Shown here: positions 7,150 to 17,977 of the stretch, piece after piece
Numbering within the stretch: the first letter of the stretch is position 1
How the letters are laid out: each line of letters opens with the position of its first letter
Assembly: GCA_029974275.1 (NCBI GenBank)
Contig: JARKSN010000314.1
Span: 1 to 31,404, forward strand
Source of the DNA: Candidatus Hydrogenedentota bacterium
GTDB lineage: Bacteria; Hydrogenedentota; Hydrogenedentia; Hydrogenedentales; SLHB01
Direction: 5' to 3'
Length of the DNA: 31,404 nt
Made by a program: the position numbers and the translations under genes
The notes under the pieces: model-generated
Told to the model about the DNA's origin: nothing
The model's input: only the letters and a program-made list of their open reading frames with translations
Database searches by the model: none

Positions 7150-8543
7150 TGCCTTTGCCGCGCGTCGAGCGTGTGCTGGTCATCGGCTTGGACTGCGCCG
7201 CGCCGAGGTTTGTGTTTGGCCCGGACGCGTTTGATCTGCCGCGCCTGCGCGTCTTGATGTCGCGGGGGCGCTATGGCGCGTTGCGCAGTTGCGATCCTCC
7301 GATCACCGTGCCGGCGTGGGCGTGTATGATGTCGGGCAAAGACCCCGGCGCGCTTGGTCTGTACGGTTTCCGCAATCGCAAGGATCGTTCCTACGATGCC
7401 TTGTTCACCGCGAACGCCTCGTCGGTGCGTGCGCCGCGCGTTTGGGATATCCTCTCGCGCGCCGGCAAGAAGGTCGTCGTGCTCGGCGTGCCGCAGACCT
7501 ATCCGGTGCGACCCGTGAACGGTTGGCTCGTCGCGGATTTTCTCGCGCCCGACACGCAGGCCCAGTTTACCTATCCGCAATCCTTGGCGGATGAATTGCG
7601 CGCCAACGTCGGAGAATATCTTCTCGACGTAGAAGATTTTCGCACCCATGACAAGGATGCGCTGCTGGAACGCTTGTACGCCTTGATGGAGAATCGTTTC
7701 GCTGCGGCGCGTCATCTCATGGATACGAAACCATGGGATTTTTTCATGATGGTCGAGATGGGCGTCGATCGTCTGCATCATGGATTCTGGAAATATTGCG
7801 ATCCCGCGCATCCGTTGTTTGAGGCGGGAAACCGGTACGAGAGCGTGTTCCACGACTATTACCGCGCCGTCGATCAGCGCATCGGAGAACTCCTCGATCG
7901 CGTGGGTGACGAGACAGCGGTCCTGATTGTTTCCGATCATGGTGCAAAGGCCATGCAGGGCGGCGTGTGCATCAACCAGTGGCTGATCCGCGAGGGGCTC
8001 TTGACGCTCCGGGAAGAGAGCGCGGGGCGGCGTCGCATCGAGGACTGTGCTATCGATTGGGCGCGCACCAAAGTCTGGAGCAGCGGCGGTTATTACGCGC
8101 GCATGTTTTTCAACGTGCAGGGCCGCGAACCGGAAGGCGTCGTTTCTCCCCGCGAATACGAGTCGTTTCGCGACGAGATGATCGCGAAAATTGAGTCCAT
8201 GCCAGGCCCGGACGGAAGGCCGTTGGGAAACCGGGCGCTGAAGCCGCAGGATATATATCGCTGCGTGGAAGGAATCGCGCCGGACCTCATTGTGTATTTG
8301 GGCGATCTGGCGTGGCGCAGCGTTGGCATGGTGGGTTTTGACTCCGTTTACACGTTTGAAAACGACACGGGGCCCGATGATGCGAACCACGATTACGACG
8401 GCATTTTTATTTTGGACGATCGATCCCGGCGCAGCGGCGAGGCGCTTTCCGGCCTGAGCCTGCTCGATGTCACGCCGACCGTATTGGCGCTTTTCGGGCT
8501 GGAGGCTCCATCTGATATGCAAGGAAAGGCGATTTCTTCATGA
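7149..8543 (+). CDS. Alkaline phosphatase superfamily / type I phosphodiesterase-nucleotide pyrophosphatase
   Basis: VIGLDCA, PPITVPAW (Thr nucleophile), GVDRLHH, IVSDHG, DDANH. TAATG coupling to sat. Confidence 0.9.
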   Translation: MPLPRVERVLVIGLDCAAPRFVFGPDAFDLPRLRVLMSRGRYGALRSCDPPITVPAWACMMSGKDPGALGLYGFRNRKDRSYDALFTANASSVRAPRVWDILSRAGKKVVVLGVPQTYPVRPVNGWLVADFLAPDTQAQFTYPQSLADELRANVGEYLLDVEDFRTHDKDALLERLYALMENRFAAARHLMDTKPWDFFMMVEMGVDRLHHGFWKYCDPAHPLFEAGNRYESVFHDYYRAVDQRIGELLDRVGDETAVLIVSDHGAKAMQGGVCINQWLIREGLLTLREESAGRRRIEDCAIDWARTKVWSSGGYYARMFFNVQGREPEGVVSPREYESFRDEMIAKIESMPGPDGRPLGNRALKPQDIYRCVEGIAPDLIVYLGDLAWRSVGMVGFDSVYTFENDTGPDDANHDYDGIFILDDRSRRSGEALSGLSLLDVTPTVLALFGLEAPSDMQGKAISS

Positions 8544-8890
8544 AAAACGCCAACGAGTCCGACGCGGCGCACACCGTTATCTTGACCGGTCCTTTGGCGT
8601 CTGAAACGGCGCCTGTGCTGGTCCGCCGTCTGCTCGAACTTGGGGGACGCGTCGACCGAATCATGCCCCAGGACGAGGCCGTATGCATCGCGTTCCGGAC
8701 GGACGTTCCGGGCGACAGGACGAAGATTGCGGCGGAAACGGACGCCAATGACACGCCGGATTTCGCCGCCGAGAAGGTTCTGGATATGTTGGCGGCAACA
8801 GGCTTGATCGCCATCGACCTGCACGATTACTCTCCTGAGGAAGAAGAACGTATCCGCGAACGGCTCGCCAATCTCGGATATATCGAGTGA
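8540..8890 (+). CDS. Small degenerate adenylylsulfate-kinase-like protein with a YSxEEE..RLxxLGY tail
   Basis: TVILTG...LxxxG resembles the CysC N-terminus but lacks GKT/S. C-terminus DYSPEEEERIRERLANLGYIE. Overlaps both neighbouring genes. Confidence 0.6.
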   Translation: MKNANESDAAHTVILTGPLASETAPVLVRRLLELGGRVDRIMPQDEAVCIAFRTDVPGDRTKIAAETDANDTPDFAAEKVLDMLAATGLIAIDLHDYSPEEEERIRERLANLGYIE

Positions 8891-9978
8891 GCCGCTGCGA
8901 CGGGGAGCAACGTGATTATATGCGAATAGGTGTCAACGCCACGCATCTCGGGACGGAAAGTCATCCGCTTGACGAATGGTATCTCCGGAACCTGCTGCAC
9001 AAGGTGACCGAGCTGCAGCCGTCAATCCGCTTCGTTGTCTTCACTTCGGAAAAGAGCCACGGCATGTTCGAAGGACATGACCGGCTGCTGGTCGAGAAAA
9101 CGATGACGGTTGGACGGCTTTTCCGATCTTCTTCGCGCCCCCTCGAATCCGCAATCGCCAAAGTCGGCGTGGATTGCGTCTTTTCTGCGATGGAATTCGG
9201 TCCTGTCAAGTCCTCGGCTCCTTGCGTGGCATACGCCTTGGACCCCTATGACATCGAGACGAAGGCGACGCAAAGCGATCGGGCGGCGAGACAGGCGATC
9301 GAAAATGCGCGCCAAACGTGCGCGGCGGCGCGCACGGTGATTGCGCCATCGGCGTATGTGCGCGACGCCCTGCTCAAAGCGCTCGGGGTGGCCATCAACA
9401 AGGTTCAGATTGCGCCGCCAGGAGTGGACGACATCGCGACGGATCCCCAACCGACTTTTGTCGATCCGCCTTATTTCTTGATCGCCGGCGGAGCCGTGGC
9501 GGCCAGCAACGCGGGGCGCGTCGTCGAGGCGTTTCGCCGACTGCAGGATGAACTTCCCCATTCGCTCGTCGTGTACGGACCGGCTGGAAGCGAGGAACGC
9601 GCGACATGGGGCGACCGCGTATTGCGCATCGAACGGTGTCCCACCGCGCACTTGACTGCTCTCTATCAACACTGCGCCGTGTGCATCTGTCCGGCGCTCC
9701 ACGACGGCGCGGGATTAGGCGTATTGCGCGCCTTACGCGCTGGGGCGCGGGTCATCGCGGGGCGCGTGGGCGGCGTTCCTGCGGCGGCGGGAAACACGCC
9801 CATTTATTGCAATCCCGACAGCGACGCGTCGATCGCGACGGCTATCCGGAGGGCGCTCGAGGAATCCCCCGAAGAACGCGATGCCGCGATTCGCGGCGGA
9901 AGAAGGATCGCCGCGGAATTTACATGGGAAAACTGCGTCTGGAAGACCTTGTTGGCTTTTCGTAAGGAGACGGACTGA
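8887..9978 (+). CDS. Glycosyltransferase family 4 (GT-B); alternative start at 8920
   Basis: MRIGVNA N-terminus, VIAPSAYVRD, ALYQHCAVCICP..DGAGLGVLRA (degenerate EGFGLPVLEA), C-terminal FTWE. Confidence 0.8.
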   Translation: MSRCDGEQRDYMRIGVNATHLGTESHPLDEWYLRNLLHKVTELQPSIRFVVFTSEKSHGMFEGHDRLLVEKTMTVGRLFRSSSRPLESAIAKVGVDCVFSAMEFGPVKSSAPCVAYALDPYDIETKATQSDRAARQAIENARQTCAAARTVIAPSAYVRDALLKALGVAINKVQIAPPGVDDIATDPQPTFVDPPYFLIAGGAVAASNAGRVVEAFRRLQDELPHSLVVYGPAGSEERATWGDRVLRIERCPTAHLTALYQHCAVCICPALHDGAGLGVLRALRAGARVIAGRVGGVPAAAGNTPIYCNPDSDASIATAIRRALEESPEERDAAIRGGRRIAAEFTWENCVWKTLLAFRKETD

Positions 9979-10049
9979 TTCGACGCGTGGCGACGCTCCG
10001 GGCGCCTGCGGCGAAACGCAATTTGTAAGCGCATGGAAGGGAGAATTCG

Positions 10050-11249
10050 ATGATGGACGAGGCGAAACTGTTTCACGCACGCAAAGCTCTGATCCAGGCG
10101 TTCTTGCGCGACAACGGCTACGACGGCATCCTGCTGTCGCACGCAAACAATTTCGCAATGGCCACCGGCGGAAAACGCAATTACATCTACCAGTTCTCCG
10201 ATAACGGCGCGAACTCGTTGTTTATCGACAAATACGGCGCGGCGTACTTCGTCGGCAACAACATCGAAGAGACGCGTCTCATGGCCGAAGAACTCGGGGC
10301 GCTTGGCTGTGAATCGCTCAGCTATCTGTGGACGGAAAGCAACCCGGCCGAACGCGTACGCAAAGAGTTCTCCGGCAATCTCGTGTCCGACGATGGCAGT
10401 TTCGGCGAAAACGTCGACGGCAAACTTGCGTACCTGCGCGGGTTGCTGACGCTCGATGAATTGGAGAAATATCGCCGTCTCGGAAAACTTGCCGCCGAGG
10501 CCATGGTGGCAACGGTCGAATCCGTCAAGGCCGGCATGTGCGAAGCCGATATCGCCGCGAAGCTCGTGTCCGAAGGCCTTAAACGCCGTTGCCAAGTCCC
10601 CGTCGCGCTCATCGCCGCGGATGAGCGCATCGCGCAATTCCGCCACCCGCTGCCCACCGAAGCGCCGTTGCTGGCCGGTAGTCTGACCGAACGCGCCGTG
10701 CGCGGCTACGTGATGATTGTAGGCTGTTTCTTGCGCGAAGGTCTCGTCGCGTCTATCACGCGTTTCGTGAAAGTGGGCGACATCCCCGCGCACATCCCCG
10801 ACGCGTTCGCGCGCGTGTGCGGCGTCGATGCCTTGATGCAGGAAGCGACAGAGGCTGGCAAGACCCTCGGCGACGTCTTCGCCGCATGCCAGAGCGCCTA
10901 CGCGACCCTCGGCTTCCCCGCCAACGAATGGCACAACCACCACCAAGGCGGCACGGCCGGTTACGCAGGCCGCGCGTGCATCGCCACGCCCGGCGAGAAG
11001 AGCCCTATTCTCAATGCTGACCGCTGGGAAAGAGCCATCCAGGAATTCGCCGGTCTCGACGTGCCACTCGGCCACGCCTTCGCCTGGAACCCCTCCGCCG
11101 TCGGCGTCAAATCCGAAGATACGTTTATACTGCTGCCCGACGGAACCAAAGAAATCGTGACATCAACGCCATCCCTGCCCCGTGTTGACTTGGAGAAAGT
11201 CCTGGGCCGCAAGACGGATGTGAAGAAGAATGGCATTGCGGGTGGCTAA
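10050..11249 (+). CDS. M24-family metallopeptidase (Xaa-Pro-like)
   Basis: FRHPLPT, ASITR, WHNHHQGG, AFAWNPS, KSEDT. GGGAG RBS. Confidence 0.82.
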   Translation: MMDEAKLFHARKALIQAFLRDNGYDGILLSHANNFAMATGGKRNYIYQFSDNGANSLFIDKYGAAYFVGNNIEETRLMAEELGALGCESLSYLWTESNPAERVRKEFSGNLVSDDGSFGENVDGKLAYLRGLLTLDELEKYRRLGKLAAEAMVATVESVKAGMCEADIAAKLVSEGLKRRCQVPVALIAADERIAQFRHPLPTEAPLLAGSLTERAVRGYVMIVGCFLREGLVASITRFVKVGDIPAHIPDAFARVCGVDALMQEATEAGKTLGDVFAACQSAYATLGFPANEWHNHHQGGTAGYAGRACIATPGEKSPILNADRWERAIQEFAGLDVPLGHAFAWNPSAVGVKSEDTFILLPDGTKEIVTSTPSLPRVDLEKVLGRKTDVKKNGIAGG

Positions 11250-11337
11250 GCTGGATTGTGGAGCGCTGCGGTGTTATCCGGAGACACAGCCGCCTCTGTG
11301 CGCGCGTCCGGGAAGGCCCTTCGCCCCTCAAAAAAAT

Positions 11338-11366
11338 TTGCACTCTCGGGCTTCTATGACTATACT
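11338..11366 (+). promoter_or_regulatory. Putative sigma70 promoter of the RRM gene
   Basis: TTGCAC, 17 nt spacer, TATACT, preceded by an A-tract. Confidence 0.65.
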
Positions 11367-11509
11367 ACAGCCAAGCACTTAGGTTTTGTTACTTGTACTT
11401 GAATCTGGTTACCACCCGGCAGACTCGCGAATCCTGTTGATTTCCGCTCTCCTGGTATGGCAAGAACCCTGAACCCGTAACAGGACCAACACACTCCTGA
11501 AAGGAGAGC

Positions 11510-11785
11510 ATGATGAATATCTATGTAGGCAACCTCTCGTATGACACCCACGACAGCGATCTGAACGAGGCCTTTTCGCGCTTTGGAAGCGTCAGTTCCG
11601 CCCGCGTCGTCATCGACCGCGATTCCAACCGATCGAAGGGTTTCGGTTTCGTCGAGATGGACAACCAAGCGGAAGCCCAAAAGGCCATCTCCGCCCTTGA
11701 CAACACCGACCTTCAAGGACGCACCATCAAGGTGAACGAAGCCAAGCCGCGCGAAAGCCGCCCGGCCCGCTCCAGCCGCTACTAG
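11510..11785 (+). CDS. RNA-binding protein (single RRM domain)
   Basis: RNP2 IYVGNL, RNP1 KGFGFVEM, GRTIKVNEAKPR. AAGGAG RBS. Confidence 0.95.
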   Translation: MMNIYVGNLSYDTHDSDLNEAFSRFGSVSSARVVIDRDSNRSKGFGFVEMDNQAEAQKAISALDNTDLQGRTIKVNEAKPRESRPARSSRY

Positions 11786-11798
11786 ACTGCGATCCCGT

Positions 11799-11833
11799 CC
11801 CTGGGCCGGCGCGTTCAACACGCCGGCCCAGGG
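11799..11833. terminator. GC-rich hairpin between convergent genes
   Basis: 13-bp stem CCCTGGGCCGGCG / CGCCGGCCCAGGG with only a weak U-tract. Confidence 0.55.
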
Positions 11834-11891
11834 GATCGATTTGCACTACCGCCTCCATCGCTCCAGCCGTAATACATCCGTTTCAGTCTTC

Positions 11892-12620
11892 TCAGATTTT
11901 CACGCCGTTTTCTCTTGCGACGAGGAGATTTGACCGCAGCAGGGCTTCGAAGGAGCCGCAGTCGGCCCACCAGCCGTCGAGGACTTCGTAGGTCATGGTG
12001 CCGCGGCGGATGTATTCGTTGTTGACGTCGGTGATCTCGAGTTCGCCGCGGTCGCTGGGTTTCAATGTCTGGCAGATGTTGAACACGTCGTTGTCGTACA
12101 GGTAGATGCCGATGACGGCGTTGCGGGAGGGCGGATCTTTCGGTTTCTCGATGATGCGCACGACGCGATCGCCGTCGAGTTCGGCGACGCCGAATTCGAC
12201 GGGGTTGTCGACTTCCTTCAAGAAGATCTTCGCGCCGCTGGGTTGTTTGTCGAAATCGTCGACGGCCTTCTTGATGCTTCCCTGGATGAAGTTGTCGCCG
12301 AGAATCACGACGACTTTGTCGCTTCCGACGAACTGCCGCGTTAACGCGAGCGCGTGCGCGATGCCGCCTTCGGTCTTCTGGTAGGTGTAATGCATCATGT
12401 TGAGACCGAAGTCTTCGCCGTTGCCGAGCAGACGCAGGAACTCGCCCGCGTTGTTGCCGCCGGTGACGAGCATGATTTCCGTGACGCCGGCATCGACCAA
12501 AGTCTGAATGGGATAAAACACCATGGGTTTGTCGTATACCGGCAGAAGATGTTTGTTGGTTACGCGCGTCAACGGGCGAAGACGCGATCCCAACCCGCCA
12601 GCCAACACAACGCCTTTCAT
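11892..12620 (-). CDS. Glucose-1-phosphate thymidylyltransferase-like nucleotidyltransferase (RmlA/SpsI short type)
   Basis: MKGVVLAGGLGSRLRPLT, KHLLPVYDKPM, ILGDN, IEKP, RGELEITD. Confidence 0.9.
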   Translation of the reverse strand: MKGVVLAGGLGSRLRPLTRVTNKHLLPVYDKPMVFYPIQTLVDAGVTEIMLVTGGNNAGEFLRLLGNGEDFGLNMMHYTYQKTEGGIAHALALTRQFVGSDKVVVILGDNFIQGSIKKAVDDFDKQPSGAKIFLKEVDNPVEFGVAELDGDRVVRIIEKPKDPPSRNAVIGIYLYDNDVFNICQTLKPSDRGELEITDVNNEYIRRGTMTYEVLDGWWADCGSFEALLRSNLLVARENGVKI

Positions 12621-12650
12621 ATGCGGAATCTCCTTCTGCGGAAGACGCGT

Positions 12651-13433
12651 CTACACGATCCGTCCGCCTTTTCCTTCTTCTTCGGTCAACGCCGCGGACA
12701 GAAAATCGCGGTTCATGCGCGCGATGTTCGCGACTTGTATGCCTTTGGGGCAAGCGGCCTCGCACTCGTAGTGGTTGGTGCAGTTCCCGAATTTTTCCCG
12801 GTCCATTTGCGATACCATATCCAGGACGCGTCGCTGGCGTTCGGGCTGTCCCTGAGGCAATAGCGCCAGGTGGGAAACTTTTGCGGAGACGAAAAGCATG
12901 GCCGATGCATTGGGGCACGCCGCCACGCACGCGCCGCAACCGATGCAGATGGCCGCCTCGAAGGCTTTGTCGGCGTCGATCTTTCGCACGGGAACGGAGT
13001 GCGCCTCCGGCGCGGAACCCGCGCGCACGCTGACGTACCCGCCTGCGCCGATGATGCGGTCGAAGGCGGAACGATCCACGACAAGGTCCTTGATGACCGG
13101 AAACGCCCGCGCCCGCCATGGTTCGACCACCAGCGTGTCGCCGTCCTTGAAATGCCGCATATGGAGTTGACAGAGAGTCATTTCGCGCACAGGCCCGTGA
13201 GCCTGGCCGTTGACCATCGCGCCGCATGATCCACAGATGCCCTCATGACAATCGTGATCGAAGGCGATCGGCTCCTGGCCTTTCTGTTGAAGCTCCTCGT
13301 TCACGCTATCGAGCATCTCCAGAAAAGACATGTCGGTGTCGATATCCCGCGCCTCATACGTCTCCAGGCGGCCCGGGGATAATGCGTCCTTTTGGCGCCA
13401 GACTTTGAGGGTCAGGTTGATTGTCTTCGACAT
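12651..13433 (-). CDS. sdhB: Succinate dehydrogenase/fumarate reductase iron-sulfur subunit
   Basis: [43 protein letters not shown]. Confidence 0.95.
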   Translation of the reverse strand: MSKTINLTLKVWRQKDALSPGRLETYEARDIDTDMSFLEMLDSVNEELQQKGQEPIAFDHDCHEGICGSCGAMVNGQAHGPVREMTLCQLHMRHFKDGDTLVVEPWRARAFPVIKDLVVDRSAFDRIIGAGGYVSVRAGSAPEAHSVPVRKIDADKAFEAAICIGCGACVAACPNASAMLFVSAKVSHLALLPQGQPERQRRVLDMVSQMDREKFGNCTNHYECEAACPKGIQVANIARMNRDFLSAALTEEEGKGGRIV

Positions 13434-13442
13434 ACGGCATTC

Positions 13443-15356
13443 CTATTTATAGCTGCGTTGCGATAAATGCACGGCCTCGAATTCCAACGGCTCCTTGTGC
13501 AGCACGGGCGCCTTATCGGGGCCGGCGCACTCCCAGGCGGCGACGTAACAGAAATGGGCGTCGTCGCGTTTGGCTTCGCCCTCTTCGGTCTGGTGTTCCT
13601 CGCGGAAATGGCCGCCGCAGGATTCTTCGCGGTGCAATGCGTCTCGTACCAGCAATTCCGAGAACTCGAGAAAATCCGCCACGCGACCGGCCTTTTCAAG
13701 CGCTTGGTTAAAACTCTCGCCATCGCCCAACACCACGGCGTTTCTCCAAAATTCCTCGCGCAATGCGGGAATGCGACGCAAGGCGTCTTCCAATGATTTC
13801 TTGCTGCGTGCCATGCCGCAATTATTCCACAGGAGCAGCCCCAACTCGCGGTGGAAACTGTCTACCGTGCGGCCGCCGCGGAGCGAAAGCAGGCGTCCGA
13901 GGCGCCCCCGGACCTCCTGTTCCGCTGCCCGGAATGCGGGATGCGACGCGTCCGCCTTTTCCATCGGCGTCGTCGCTAGATAGTGCCCGATCGTATACGG
14001 TATCACGAAATAGCCGTCCGCCAGCCCCTGCATGAGGGCGCTCGCTCCGAGCCGGTTCGCGCCATGGTCGGAAAAATTCGCTTCGCCCAATACATGCAAT
14101 CCCGGAAGGTTGCTCATGAGGTTGTAGTCCACCCACAACCCGCCCATTGTGTAATGCACGGCGGGGTAGATCATCATCGGCGTCTCATAGGGGTCCTCGT
14201 CGACGATTTTCCGGTACATGTCGAAAAGATTGCCATAGCGAGCGGCGATGCGCTTTTTCCCCAAACGTTCGATCGCGTCGCGGAAATCGAGATGGACGGC
14301 CATCCCGGTCGGCCCAACCCCGTGGCCGGCGTCGCAAATGTTCTTGGCGTTTCGCGAGGCGACGTCGCGCGGGACCAAGTTGCCAAACGAGGGATATTTG
14401 CGCTCGAGATAATAGTCCCGGTCCTCCTCGGGAATCTCCTGCGGGGGTCTCCCATCGCCGGCCTTTTTCGGAACCCAAATGCGGCCATCGTTGCGCAGGC
14501 TCTCGCTCATCAGCGTGAGTTTGGATTGATAATTCCCCAGAACCGGAATGCACGTCGGATGGATTTGCGTGTAACAGGGATTCGCCAAAAATGCGCCCTT
14601 GCGATGCGCTCGCCAAATGGAGGTCACGTTGCAGGCCTTCGCATTTGTGCTGAGGTAGAAGGCGTTGCCGTAGCCGCCCGTGGCGAGAACGACTGCGTCG
14701 GCGGCATGCGACTCCAATTTTCCGGTGATGAGATTGCGGCAAACGATGCCCCGCGCCTTGCCGTCGATGACGACAAGCTCCAGCATTTCACGGCGCGGCA
14801 ACATTTCGACGCCGCCGCGGTTCACTTCCTTCATCAACGCGCCGTAAGCGCCGATCAACAGTTGCTGGCCGGTCTGGCCGCGCGCGTAAAAAGTGCGCGA
14901 TACCTGTGCGCCTCCGAAGGAACGGTTGTCGAGCAAACCGCCGTACTCTCTCGCGAACGGCACGCCTTGCGCCACGCAATGATCGATGATGCGGACGCTC
15001 AATTCCGCCAGGCGATACACGTTGGCCTCGCGCGAACGGTAATCGCCTCCCTTGATGGTGTCATAGAAGAGGCGATGCACGCTGTCGCCGTCGTTCGGGT
15101 AGTTTTTGGCCGCGTTGATGCCGCCCTGCGCGGCGATGCTGTGAGCGCGACGGGGCGAATCGTGTATGCAGAATGCCTTGACCTTGTAGCCAAGCTCCGA
15201 TAAGGAGGCCGCCGCCGAAGCCCCTGCCAAGCCTGTGCCCACCACGAGGATCGTGTACTTGCGCTTGTTGGCGGCATTGATCAGTTTCAGTTCGAACTGG
15301 TGGCGGGCCCATTTCGTGGCGATTGGCCCGCCCGGAACTTTTGCGTCAAGCCCCAT
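13443..15356 (-). CDS. sdhA: Succinate dehydrogenase/fumarate reductase flavoprotein subunit
   Basis: [20 protein letters not shown] (FAD-His), [30 protein letters not shown]. Confidence 0.96.
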   Translation of the reverse strand: MGLDAKVPGGPIATKWARHQFELKLINAANKRKYTILVVGTGLAGASAAASLSELGYKVKAFCIHDSPRRAHSIAAQGGINAAKNYPNDGDSVHRLFYDTIKGGDYRSREANVYRLAELSVRIIDHCVAQGVPFAREYGGLLDNRSFGGAQVSRTFYARGQTGQQLLIGAYGALMKEVNRGGVEMLPRREMLELVVIDGKARGIVCRNLITGKLESHAADAVVLATGGYGNAFYLSTNAKACNVTSIWRAHRKGAFLANPCYTQIHPTCIPVLGNYQSKLTLMSESLRNDGRIWVPKKAGDGRPPQEIPEEDRDYYLERKYPSFGNLVPRDVASRNAKNICDAGHGVGPTGMAVHLDFRDAIERLGKKRIAARYGNLFDMYRKIVDEDPYETPMMIYPAVHYTMGGLWVDYNLMSNLPGLHVLGEANFSDHGANRLGASALMQGLADGYFVIPYTIGHYLATTPMEKADASHPAFRAAEQEVRGRLGRLLSLRGGRTVDSFHRELGLLLWNNCGMARSKKSLEDALRRIPALREEFWRNAVVLGDGESFNQALEKAGRVADFLEFSELLVRDALHREESCGGHFREEHQTEEGEAKRDDAHFCYVAAWECAGPDKAPVLHKEPLEFEAVHLSQRSYK

Positions 15357-15386
15357 GCAACGGCTCCTTGGTGTACGTCATCGCGG

Positions 15387-16091
15387 CTACGGTCTGGGCG
15401 TTCCGATGATATTGACAAGCAACGGAATCAGGGCGAATCCAGTTCCGACGGCGATGCCCAGCGCGATGCTCGCGCGCCGAATCCACGGCGTATACCGCGC
15501 GTGGTTGAATCCGAATGTCTGAAAGATGCTCTGGATGCCGTGCGTGAGATGAGCGCCCGCACATGCCACCGCAAGAATATAGACCACCGGGCGCCACCCA
15601 TGCGCCGTGAAGCGGAAAGAGTTCCATACCAATCCAAACAAGCCGAGACTCTCTCCTCCATGCACGCCCGCAATGACCGTTCCGGGGCCTTGTCGATCGC
15701 CAAACGCGTAGTCGGAGAGGTGCAAAAACAGAAACAAGAAAACCGCGGAGCCACTGTAGATCATGGTTTTCCGGACGAAATTCGTGTTTCCATGCGTGTT
15801 GCGGACGGCGTAGCCCCGATCGCGCGCCTGCCTGTTTTCCACGGTCAACAGCACGGCAAACGAGACATGCACGATTGCCGCCGCGGCGAGCGCGAAACGA
15901 ATCGCCCAAAGCAGTCCCCCCAGGGACTGCAGCGAGGCCGCATACGCATTGAAACGAGCGGCTCCCTCGAAGAGAAGGAGGTTGCCTCCCAAATGGACCA
16001 GCAGAAAAAGGACCAAGACAAGACCCGACGCAGCCACCATCTGTTTGCGGAAAATCGAGGAAGCAAAATAAGAGGATCGTCGCATTGGCAT
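15387..16091 (-). CDS. sdhC: Succinate dehydrogenase cytochrome b558 subunit (start uncertain, 16085-16157)
   Basis: Several TM helices with heme-ligand histidines (VHLGGNL, IVHV, FLHL, AHLTHG); lies upstream of sdhA. Confidence 0.9.
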   Translation of the reverse strand: MPMRRSSYFASSIFRKQMVAASGLVLVLFLLVHLGGNLLLFEGAARFNAYAASLQSLGGLLWAIRFALAAAAIVHVSFAVLLTVENRQARDRGYAVRNTHGNTNFVRKTMIYSGSAVFLFLFLHLSDYAFGDRQGPGTVIAGVHGGESLGLFGLVWNSFRFTAHGWRPVVYILAVACAGAHLTHGIQSIFQTFGFNHARYTPWIRRASIALGIAVGTGFALIPLLVNIIGTPRP

Positions 16092-16153
16092 CGAATGGCC
16101 CCGCCCGTTGCTTACGTTCACATGCTCCAGCGTAGTGATTTCAGAGGGCCTCG

Positions 16154-17740
16154 TCAACTTGACGAGTGGAAGGCCGGAGCTCGCCCCGTTCGGAACTGCC
16201 GGGCCGGAATCCGGTGCTTGCGCACGCGCAGCCCCATCACGCGCTCGGTGATGCCGAGACCTTCCGCCGCCTTTGCCATGTTGCCGCGCGAAGATTTTAG
16301 CGCCTCGATCAGCATCTCACGCTCCACCGCATCCAGCGTCGCATCAAGTTTTCCGCGCATGACGGTGCCGCTGGCCTCGGCGGTCTGCAAGGTCGGCGGG
16401 AGATGATGCCCATGCAGCACGTCGTCGCTGCTGAGCAAGACGGCGCGCTCGATGGAATTCTCCAGTTCCCGCACATTGCCCGGCCAATGATAACTCATGA
16501 GCATATCGATGGCGGGGGTCGAAATCCGCCGAATGCTCTTGTGGTTGGCTTTGCTGTATTTTTCGACGAAAAAATTGGCCAATTCCAGGATATCCGAACG
16601 CCGCTCTCGCAAGGGCGGAATGTGAACCGGAAAAACGTTCAGCCGATAGTACAGGTCCTGCCGGAACGTATTCTCTTCCATGAGTTCTTCGAGAGGACGG
16701 TTGGTGGCGGCGATGACGCGCACATCGACCTTGATGGTTTCGGCGCCTCCCACCCGTTCGAATTCGCGCTCTTGCAGGACGCGCAGCAGGCGGATCTGCA
16801 TGTGAGGCGAGAGATCGCCGATTTCGTCGAGAAAAATGCTGCCGCCGTTGGCGAGTTCGAAGCGCCCCTTGCGCTGCATCGTGGCCCCGGTGAAAGCGCC
16901 TTTCTCGTGCCCGAAGAGTTCGCTTTCGATGATTGTCTCTGGAAGCGCCGCGCAGTTGACGCGGACAAAGGGCTTGTGGGCCCGGTTGCTGCTGTAGTGG
17001 ATGGCATGCGCGACCAATTCCTTGCCCACCCCGCTCTCGCCCCGGATGAGGACTGTGGTGTCGCTTTTGGCCACCTGCCCAATGAGATCGTACACCTCCT
17101 GCATGGCGCGCGAGGACCCAATAATGTTGGCCGGACGAAACCGGTCCTCAAGTTCCATCTTGAGCCGGCTGTTTTCCTCCAGCAGGCGCTGCCGCTCTTC
17201 CAAGGCCTCCTGGCGCAGGCGCACCGCTTGCGCGATCATCGAGGCAATGATGGACAACAGCCGCACATCCTCATCCAACGAGACCGAATCGGAAAAAAGG
17301 CGGTCAACGCTCAACGCCCCAATGGCTTTGTTGCCTAGTTTAATGGGCACGCACAAAAACGAAATATTCGACTTATCTAACCGCTGTCGAGCCTTGGTCC
17401 GATCCAGAAAATGCGGCTCCTCGGAAATGCGGGGAATCACCATGGGCCGTCCTTCGGCGACAACGCGCCCCGTGATGCCTTCTCCCGGGCGATAGCGGCC
17501 TCGATCCTGTTGCGCGGGAGACAACCCATGAGCCGTCTCGATATACAGTTCCCCCGTATGGCGATCCAGCAGCGTAAGCGTGCCGCGCTCCATCCCCGTG
17601 TGTTGCGCGATCGCTTCCAACACCGCCCCTACCTCGTCTCGCAGATCGATGCTGCGATCCAGGCGTTGACTGATTTCGAAAAGCAGCGTCAACTCGCTGA
17701 GTTCGCTTCGAATTTGAGGTTGCGGCGCGCTGGCGGACAT
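16154..17740 (-). CDS. NifA-like sigma54-dependent activator (GAF-AAA+-HTH)
   Basis: GAF domain ([11 protein letters not shown]), [38 protein letters not shown], Fis-type HTH. Confidence 0.93.
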   Translation of the reverse strand: MSASAPQPQIRSELSELTLLFEISQRLDRSIDLRDEVGAVLEAIAQHTGMERGTLTLLDRHTGELYIETAHGLSPAQQDRGRYRPGEGITGRVVAEGRPMVIPRISEEPHFLDRTKARQRLDKSNISFLCVPIKLGNKAIGALSVDRLFSDSVSLDEDVRLLSIIASMIAQAVRLRQEALEERQRLLEENSRLKMELEDRFRPANIIGSSRAMQEVYDLIGQVAKSDTTVLIRGESGVGKELVAHAIHYSSNRAHKPFVRVNCAALPETIIESELFGHEKGAFTGATMQRKGRFELANGGSIFLDEIGDLSPHMQIRLLRVLQEREFERVGGAETIKVDVRVIAATNRPLEELMEENTFRQDLYYRLNVFPVHIPPLRERRSDILELANFFVEKYSKANHKSIRRISTPAIDMLMSYHWPGNVRELENSIERAVLLSSDDVLHGHHLPPTLQTAEASGTVMRGKLDATLDAVEREMLIEALKSSRGNMAKAAEGLGITERVMGLRVRKHRIPARQFRTGRAPAFHSSS

Positions 17741-17977
17741 GGCTCCCTGCTTTCATACGTCTTGTGTAGTGGTCGCCGCGAAAACAACTATCGCGTGCGG
17801 CCTGCCCGGATTCGCTACCGCATGGTAGGAAAACCCCCAAGTAATGTCAAATTCCGTCCCACTGGAAAAAAACATTCCCTCAAGGTACTATGGGAAAAGG
17901 CTGTTAAGACGACGCCAGCGATCGCCCCGCCCAAGCGGGTTGCAGAGCGTGACGGACGGAATCCTGAACGGGGGAGT

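Noticed and set aside
6900..17338. Long antisense or alternate-frame ORFs (e.g. 6900-8522, 9804-11075, 11815-13227, 13983-15203, 16403-17338)
   Set aside because: They overlap well-supported genes and are expected in high-GC DNA.
16154..17740. Calling this gene nifA / nitrogen fixation
   Set aside because: The architecture fits, but no nif genes are in the window, so the symbol is withheld.
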